DNA from: Octopus vulgaris
Taxonomy: Eukaryota
NCBI GenBank assembly: GCA_951406725.2
Contig: OX597818.1
Coordinates: forward strand, 85,374,001 to 85,438,000
Length of the DNA stretch: 64,000 nt
Direction of reading: 5' to 3'
In this document: positions 55,755-64,000 of the stretch, piece by piece
How positions within the stretch are numbered: position 1 is the stretch's first letter
Layout of the letters: every line of letters begins with the position of its first letter
Translations under genes and position numbers: made by a program
The notes under the pieces: model-generated
The model's input: only the letters and a program-made list of their open reading frames with translations
Database searches by the model: none
Told to the model about the DNA's origin: nothing

Positions 55755-56205
55755 CATAGACATGGCTGTGTGAATCAGAAGGTCGCACCCCAGTCACGTG
55801 GTTTTAGGTTCAATCCCACTACATAGCACTTTGGGCAAATATCTTTTAGTAAAATTTTGGATTTGACCAAAGCCTTGTGAGGGGATTTGGTAGATGGAAA
55901 CTGAAAGAAGCTTGTCTCACATGCATACACACACACACATACACACACATGTATAAATGTGTGTATATATGCTTGTGATTCCTTGCCATGGCATCTTGTG
56001 ATAGTTGTAAATGAGTGTCACTGTCTTACAAGCAGTGTCATTCATTTCCAATATTCTGCAAAAACATATCTGGCCACAGGTGAGATATTACCCTTGCTTG
56101 GACACAGGTGTGGGTTGAGGTATCCAGCTGTAGAATAATACTTGCCTCAGTAAACTCAGACTGAGCCATGCAAGCATGGAAAAGTGGACGTTCAAACGAT
56201 AATAA
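55755..56205 (+). mobile_element. SINE B/D-tail variant, full length
   Basis: CATGGCTGTGTG..GGTTCAATCCCACT..GGAAACTGAAAGAAGC, (CA)n linker, tail CCATGCAAGCATGGAAAAGTGGACGTT. Confidence 0.85.
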
Positions 56206-57102
56206 TAAAAACACTGATGTATCTTTGAATACATATCTAAGCAATTACTGGTTCCAAGCAATATGCAAATACCGAATTTATTGACAATAAAATAATAAAA
56301 GATAAATCCTTCTGCCTCATGCAGTGGATGCAAAACTAGTTTAAATGTAGAATGGAGACGATTGCTAAAATGGAATTTCCAAAACAATAAAAAGTAACAG
56401 AGGAAAGAAACAACAGAAATAAAATTATATACAAAAACAGCTCTTTGGCAACTTAAATTTGTTTTGGTTCCGCGATAATAAAACGGTGTTTTGAATTTAC
56501 GTGTATTTTCTTTTATCTGTTTTTTGTTTTTTTGTTTTGTTTTTCTGCTGCTGCTTCAGTGTCACAGAATTTATTTTATCCAGTCCAATGATGTAAAGAC
56601 AAACACATGTATATACACACAAATATGTACACACAGACATAGATACACAAACACATATTTGCAGTCACACACACATCCAAGAACATACTCACATAGACAC
56701 AGATACAAACATATATAAATACACACACACACACACAAATATAAACGCACACACATATAAATACACACACATATAAACACACACACATATAAATACACAC
56801 ACATATAAACACACACACATATAAATACACAAGCATAAGCACACATACACACAAAAACAGACAGGCAGACACACACTTGAATAAAATTACCAAATAGGGA
56901 AATAGAGTAAGTTAGATGCAGACAGGGTGGGGGATATGGGTATAAGTATAGATATATGCATGTAGATGGTGATGCTGCCGGAGAAAAAAAAACTTTGTGA
57001 AATATTTTACTGCCATTCAGTCTTTCAATGACATCATAGTTTCTCATAAATAAATTCCCCAAACGTGTGTGGCGACGCAGAATGAAGAGAGATTAAAAAC
57101 AA

Positions 57103-57135
<33 letters not shown>

Positions 57136-57789
57136 TCATACATGCAGAAACATAATAATGAATGGATTTCCTTCCTTTATTTTATGTTGCAGTTATGTTT
57201 TATATTTTAAAGAATATATTTTTTTTCTTTCTTCTTAATTTGTTTTTTATTTAAATTTCTGTATTTTTAGTTTTGGTGGAGTATGAATAGGGTGATGGGA
57301 TGAAGTCAGGGCTTTATTCTGTTTTTTTTTTTTAAGGGGGTGGGGGAGAGATAGGAGGGTATTTGTGAAATTAAAAATATTTATCATGTCTATTTTTGTT
57401 TTAATTATGCATAGAAGCAATCATAATACACATGTACATGCATAAACACACACATACATACATATATTGTCATCATTTTATGTCCATGTTCCATGCTGGC
57501 ATGAGTCGGATGGTTTGTCTAGATTCAATTTATCCCAAGGATTGCATTGTGGCTCTAGTGTCTGCTTTGGTATTGTTTCTGCTTTGGTATTGTTTCACTT
57601 CACTGTGTATATCAGGTGCTTTTTCTGTTTTTTCCAAACCAATAGCTATTGTGAGGACACCATTCAGCTTACAAGACTACACAACCCAAGAATGGGGATT
57701 TTATGCTAAGAGACAAGAAATAGAGAGGGGTAAAGCATAACAGAAAAGGGCCAGAGTAGAACAAGTTTCTTACTGTTGACAAGCTAGAT

Positions 57790-58133
57790 CAGTGATTCTT
57801 GACCATTTTTTTTACTTATGGACCCCTAACCCCATGGCCATTCATTGTTTTAAAAAATCCTATTATATTTTTGATATTATAAGCAATTGTATAAATTCTT
57901 TCTAATTTTGAGTATTGTTGTTATCATCATCATCACCTTTTAACGTCCACTTTCCATGGTGGCATGGGTTGGACAGTTTGACTGAGGACTGGCAAGCCAG
58001 GAGGCTGCATCAGGCTCCAATCTGTTCTGAGAAGGTTTCTACCACTGGATGCCCTTCCTAATGCCAACCACTCCAAGAGTGTAGTGGGTGCTGGATCCCC
58101 AAGGGCCATATGGACCCTGGGTGAGAATCACTG
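57790..58133. mobile_element. hAT-type MITE with a perfect 8-bp TSD and nested SINE D (57918-58092, minus)
   Basis: TIRs CAGTGATTCT ... AGAATCACTG; TSD AGCTAGAT at 57782-57789 and 58134-58141. Confidence 0.9.
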
Positions 58134-58239
58134 AGCTAGATGATGATTCACATTACAGAAAGGAGGATAGAATTGATCGGGTGCAAGCTGGAAAGTGATG
58201 AAAATAGTGGTGAAGCGGTATCGTGTATGAATATGCAAA

Positions 58240-58845
58240 ATCAAGCTGTGTGATTGGGAAATTCATTTCCCAAAAGCATAGTTTCAGGTTCAGTCCCACT
58301 GCATGTCACCTTGGGCAAATATTTCCCACTATAGCCCTGAGCTGACCAAACTCTAACATATGGATTTTTGGCAAATGGAATCTAAAAAGGAATTTGTCGT
58401 GGATGTGTTAAAGTGTGTGTATACATCTTTCACTTGTTTCAGTCATTGGACTGTGACCATGCTTAGGCACCACCTTGAAGGGTTTAGTTCAGTGGTTCCC
58501 AACCGTTTCCCTAACAAGGACCCCTTTTATTTAAATAAGTTTTTCCAAGTTTTTGAAAGGTCCGTCAGCTTAACATGTTCACAGACCCCCAGTACTACGT
58601 TTCCAGACCACCAGGGGTCTTCAAACCACAGACTAGGAACCACTGGTCCAGTCAAACAAGTCAACTCTAGTCAACTCCTATTTTTAAGTTAGGTCTTTAT
58701 TCTCTGTCTCTTTGCTAAGTGATGGGGACATAAGCAAACCAACACTGGTTGTCAAGTTGTAGTGGAGGACAAACACACATATATACACACACACACACAC
58801 ATATATACACACATACAATGGGCTTCTTTCAGTTTCTGTCTACCA
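58240..58845. mobile_element. Convergent SINE B pieces (+ head 58240-58400; minus copy 58425-58845)
   Basis: GGTTCAGTCCCACTGCATGTCACCTTGGGCAAA on +; CTTGTTTCAGTCATTGGACTGTG and GGGCTTCTTTCAGTTTCTGTCTACCAA on minus. Confidence 0.75.
58490..58645. mobile_element. hAT-type MITE inserted in SINE B
   Basis: TIRs CAGTGGTTCC ... GGAACCACTG; degenerate 8-bp flanks GTTTAGTT / GTCCAGTC; GGACCCC subterminal motifs as in 57790-58133. Confidence 0.85.
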
Positions 58846-61339
58846 ACCCCAGTCCACACATACATATATGCATAAATACATGCATACAAATGCACATATT
58901 ATACATGTACATGTGTAAGTGGGCATGAATGAACATGGATTTTAACATCCCATGGTTTTTCTTGAACAAAATGGTGATATGATATTTAAATTCCTTGTTG
59001 ACTTTATGACTATGTGTTGTGTGCTTTTTGTTGTCTTGTGGAATAAAATATCCCTTATATGAAAAACAGGTTAGGGTTGGTGACAGGAAAGGTATTCAAC
59101 TCTAAAATCCTACTTGAGATACGTCTCAGTCGAACCCATTCTAAGACAGGAGAACAAATATTAAATAAGCAATGAATGATCAACTCTGTGTGCATGCACA
59201 TGTTTTATATGTCTATATATATAAGCCTATGTGTGTATGTATACTTAAATGTTTGCGTGTACATGTGTTTTTATGTATGTATATGTGTGAATGTATATAC
59301 ATAAATCTCTCACTCTCTCTCTCTCTTCGTTTATATACACGTGTGTGTGTGTGTGTGTGACCTAAGATGCCTGGCGAAGGGATCAAACCCTGGATCTTTT
59401 AGTTGCAAAGTGAAGTTTGTAACCATTCAGCTATACCCTTCTCTTCTTCCACCTCTCTCTCTGCATGTAAATATACATGTGTGTGTGTATGCAATTATGC
59501 CCCGCTGCTTGAGGGTGTGGAATTTTTATATGCTAAACTCTACTTGCAAAATATTTATATGTTCATAATATATACACAGATTCTGATTTACTTATCTGTT
59601 TATGGATGTATATGTATATGTTCACACATACACACACTGGGTTTTAATCCAAAAACAGAAATATAAATGTGCTTGCAAGCACAGTAATGCATAATGCATA
59701 TGCAGAGAAACGTGTGCATGTGTGTACATACATATTAGGAATGAAATACATAAGCTCTGATTTTTACACGTAGATATGCACACACATTCACAACATTTCC
59801 TCGATCATGACGGAGTCTGGGAAATTCCGGCAGCTGTTCGGAATATATATATATATATATGATCGATGTACTTATTTCTGTTTTTGAGGATTTGCTGTTT
59901 GTGTTGTGTGTGTACATAGAAGTTTATATATGTATATATAGGTTTATATATATATAGATATATACATACACACACACACACCTATGTTTATAATTTGTGT
60001 ATGTTTTTTATCATTTATTTGTCTATGTGTATTGCTGTATATTTGTCGTTATGTATTTTGGTATGGGTGTATGTGTATCTCTTTGTGTATGTGTGATTTT
60101 CTCTCTATGCATGTTTCTTAATTGTGTGTGTGTATAAATGAATAATTAGTATGTGTGTTTTATTGTTTGCTATGTTTATGTATGCATATTTATATGTATG
60201 TAGTGTAGCTATAATTTAGAGTATGTGTCTCCCCCATATATTTTATGCGTGTAGGTATAATTTACTGTGTGTATATACTTATTATTTTTCAAGTCTATAC
60301 ATATTATATATGTGTCAATGTTCTTAACATATTTTTTATACCTGTATGTGTATTTAGTAAATGTGTATATATTTGTATTGCTATATTGTCTTATATAATC
60401 CATTGTGAATTTGTATCTGTATGCAATCTGCATCTATTCATCTGAATTTTTTTTTTTTGGCTATCTTTACTCTATAAACATTTGTACAGAAGACTAACGA
60501 CTGGTAAATGAAAACTAAATTGGTTAATTTTGTTTCACTGTTGGTGTTTTTATGAAGCATTCGATAAACTTCTGTACCATAGACATTTCAGTAAAATATT
60601 CCTTGTATGTATAAAGATAGATGTTGCTGTTTCTCAATAAATCTCCCTCTGACTCAAACCGCTAGAATGATAGGGCAAAACTTCATTGGCAATAGAAATG
60701 CATGACAATATAAGGTTTCTGTTCTGGTTTAGGTCCAAGACCAGTAATTCTGATGGGAAGGGGTTAGTTAATACCTGCAGAAAACAGATCCATTGTCTTT
60801 TTTTCCCTCGCCAAGCTGATCTAATCCTCATTTAACATGATAATACCAGTCTACATCAATCATTGAGGGTTTATTAAAGTGATCACATAAAAGGATAATT
60901 TGTCTTTTCTTGGGAGATGCCTGACTCTTGCCTAGTCTTACATTTGTTTGTTTTTTTTTTGTTTTTTTTCACAAGTATTTTTCAAGTTTTGGTCTCATTG
61001 TTGTCTAGTGGAATTCAGTCATGTCTGTCTAATGTCTGCAAGGTTATGATTATCAATCCCCAGTACTTGAATGATATTTTATTTTATTGACTGAGAAAAG
61101 GATGAAAAGCGAAGGTGACATCAGCAGGATTTGAACTCAAAGTGTAAGGAGCTGAAACAAATGTGTTATAAAATATGATATCCAATATTTAAAGATCAAG
61201 TAACTTCTCAGAAAAAGCAGGTATAAGAGATATAAGAAAAGTATAGAAAGAAATAAAGAATTTAGTGAAATATACTGTGTATGAGTAATTTTAGTCTATT
61301 CCAAGTTCAAGACAAGGATCTGTTTCTGAAGTCTTTACT

Positions 61340-61560
61340 GTTAACAGCACCAGATAAGCTTCTTCTTGTCTTTGCTAATGCACTCCATTCAAGGCCCATG
61401 CTTCACAGATAAATATCATGCAATCACAGTGGTGAGGGAGAGGCCCTTTGCTGCTGGCAGAGAGAATAGCTCTCTGAATGTTTTCCAACCCATTCTCACT
61501 CTGGCAAATATGTTTCAAAACACCCACCCTACTGCTAATTAGGTTATCTAAGTGTCAGAA
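61340..61560 (-). pseudogene. RTE-clade LINE RT-region remnant
   Basis: F*HLDNLISS..FARVRMGWKTFRELFSLPAAKGLSL resembles F.YLG..IS..GG....I.AR...GW.KFREL.PLL..KG.SL. Confidence 0.7.
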
Positions 61561-61605
61561 ATTATTAATTAGGAAACAATTGGTAATATGCAGTGTTTGA
61601 GAAGT

Positions 61606-61790
<185 letters not shown>

Positions 61791-62962
61791 GTGTCTTGCT
61801 CAAGGAGACAATCCACTGCTGGAAATCAAACTCACAACCCAACGACCATGAACCAAACACTCTAGCCACTACACCAGATGTCCTCACACAAACAGATACA
61901 CACACGATATTTGAGTGTGAGGTTTAATTGCACTAAACACATTATGTATATATATATATATATATATATTTAATTGCACTAAACACACACACATATATAT
62001 ATATATATGCACACTACTGCGTCCCTTGCCCAAGATGTCCCTAGCAAATCTATACCTGTCTCTCCTCATCTCTCTAGGTTCCCTCCATCACTCTTCTGTC
62101 CACTCTGTTATTCTGCTGCTATAATTAATGAAAACAATCACCCTCTCTCTCTCTCTCTCTCTCTCTCATTTAAACCAGCCATATTTGGCCTATCATATCT
62201 TCTCTACCATTACAGTCTAAAAAGAAACAATCACATCATCAAAATCATGAAGCTATGAGATAATGAATGATTAATTCAAAACAATGTGAATAAATAAGCA
62301 TTGCATTTGACAGAGTTATCTGAATGCTAAAGCCATTTCTTATTGACATCCATCCGTCATTCTTACAACCAACCTCTCCTGCTCCTATTTGCCATTGTCA
62401 ACCCTACCCTTGTTCACCATTCACTGCATTTGCCCCTTACATAACTCTGACCACCTTCTCCTATTTCTGTCCATTATTCACTCTCTCTCCTTCAATAATC
62501 TTGCTGCCTTTGCCCACCATTTCTGATCCTTCTGTCTTCATGCTCTCTTTCCTGTTCAGCTTCTTGGACATATTACCTTAAGGATCACTTTATCAACTTA
62601 TCACCAACATCTTTATCTTTCTGGCATCACTCCATCCACCCAACCCATATATAATGCAGGATAGTACTGAATCATTCCACCACAATAAACCTAAATCTGT
62701 TCCACCCAGCTTATTATTAACCTCTCACCCCATTGCATAAAGCCACCTCTCTCTCTTAATCTCTTGTAGTCAAGAAGTCCCATTAGTCTAGCATGTTACA
62801 ATGCAGCTTCACTACTGCCACGGAAACATGCACCGATTACATCCAAAGACGTATGTGTGAGTGTGTATGTGTATATTTATACATACATATATATATATTG
62901 ATATATGTATATATGCATACACACATAATTCAGACACACTTTATATATAACACTTGTGTGTG

Positions 62963-63002
<40 letters not shown>

Positions 63003-63394
63003 TACTATGTATGTGTGTGTGTATAAATATATAAAGAGTGTCTGTATATATGTGTGTAGATGTGTATATCTTTATTCATGTGTTTATGCACATACACTTA
63101 TCTTGAAGTATGAAGTATGGTTAAAACTTACTTAAGCTTCCTATGAAGAAAATGTCCTTAGCTGCATTGTATAGTTAAGCATTGGACTTCAAGAGTTCAT
63201 TCAACTTGATAGCATGCATATGTGCACGTGCACACACACACACACACACACTTATGTGAAGAATATGGTACTTTTATATCTCTAAGAACTAATATTTATT
63301 GCTAGAATGAAGTTGAGTGAATATTGACAGGTTCTAAATGGAAGTCTCAGACTATTCTGCTGAGAAACACTGCATATTCACCAGAAATGTAAAA

Positions 63395-63435
<41 letters not shown>

Positions 63436-63663
63436 TTGACTGGATGTATCACAATTTAACTGCAACTCTATATATATTATATACTTTTGTTGAGAATGTT
63501 TTATTTTCATACTGCGTTTAGTGCAATTAAACCTCACACTCAAATATCGTGTGTGTATCTGTCTGTGTGAGGAAATCTGGTGTAGTGGCTAGAGTGTTTG
63601 GTTCATGGTCGTTGGGTTGTGAGTTTGATTTCCAGCAGTCGATTGTCTCCTTGAGCAAGACAC
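61791..63663. repeat. 148-bp inverted repeat, arms 61791-61938 and 63516-63663
   Basis: Manual alignment gives 3 mismatches and no gaps; covers a SINE C head plus its unique upstream flank. Confidence 0.97.
62167..62333. mobile_element. piggyBac-like MITE F, partial
   Basis: CATTTAAACCAGCCATATTTGGCC..AAACAATCACATCATC..TCTGAATGCTAAAG. Confidence 0.75.
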
Positions 63664-63850
63664 TTTGTTCCAGTTCACTCAGCTAGCAAAAATGACTAGC
63701 ATCTGTAATTCAGCCTTATTACACTGTGTCATGCTGAGTTTCTCTAAGAACTATAAGGGTACACATCTTCGGAATGTTCAGCCACCTGCACATTAATTTT
63801 GAGTAGAATGTTTGGTTGATCTGATCAACTAGGAATCTTGCCATAACCGC
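63570..63850 (+). mobile_element. SINE family C
   Basis: TGGTGTAGTGGCTAGAGTGTT..GAGTTTGATTTCC..CCTTGAGCAAGACACTTT..CACTCAGCTAGCAAAAATGA; colinear with 29887-30450. Confidence 0.85.
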
Positions 63851-63975
63851 CAGAGTGTAGAGCCATGTGTGAGTGTGTAATTCTTTTTGGGAGTGGTGAA
63901 TCTCAAAGCAAACTTTAAAGAACATCATTGAAATATTAGGTTTAAAAAAAAACCCTTTGCATAGTCAAAGCTTAC

Positions 63976-64000
63976 CTGTTTGATATGAATCCACATTTGT
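63976..64000 (-). other. Possible 3' end of an exon entering from the right edge
   Basis: Minus strand ACAAATGTGGATTCATATCAAACAG|GTAAGC is a strong donor; all three frames are open, but only 25 nt are visible. Confidence 0.3.

Noticed and set aside
60634-60880. Second RTE fragment next to 61340-61560
   Set aside because: Similarity to RTE motifs is too faint to support by eye.

Overview
AT-rich, microsatellite-saturated animal DNA with no recognisable host coding exon. It looks like an intron or intergenic segment of an octopus (coleoid cephalopod) genome, inferred from the SINE/MITE repertoire and repeat density. The long ORFs in the track are simple-repeat artefacts or decayed retrotransposon pieces. 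The window holds dozens of tRNA-derived SINE copies in about four families (my labels A-D), piggyBac-, mariner- and hAT-type MITEs, four RTE-clade LINE remnants, one HERO/R2-group remnant, a ~2 kb (TA)n array and many tri/dinucleotide tracts. Most notable: two locally templated inverted insertions (11.3 kb and 61.7 kb) that create long hairpins, a textbook AG|GTAAG recursive-splice-like site at 29616, RFX X-box-like palindromes in non-repeat islands, and SINE arrays linked by (ATT)n. I found no convincing novel multi-gene system. Boundaries of degenerate repeats are approximate (+/-20 bp) and family names come from recalled motifs, not database searches.
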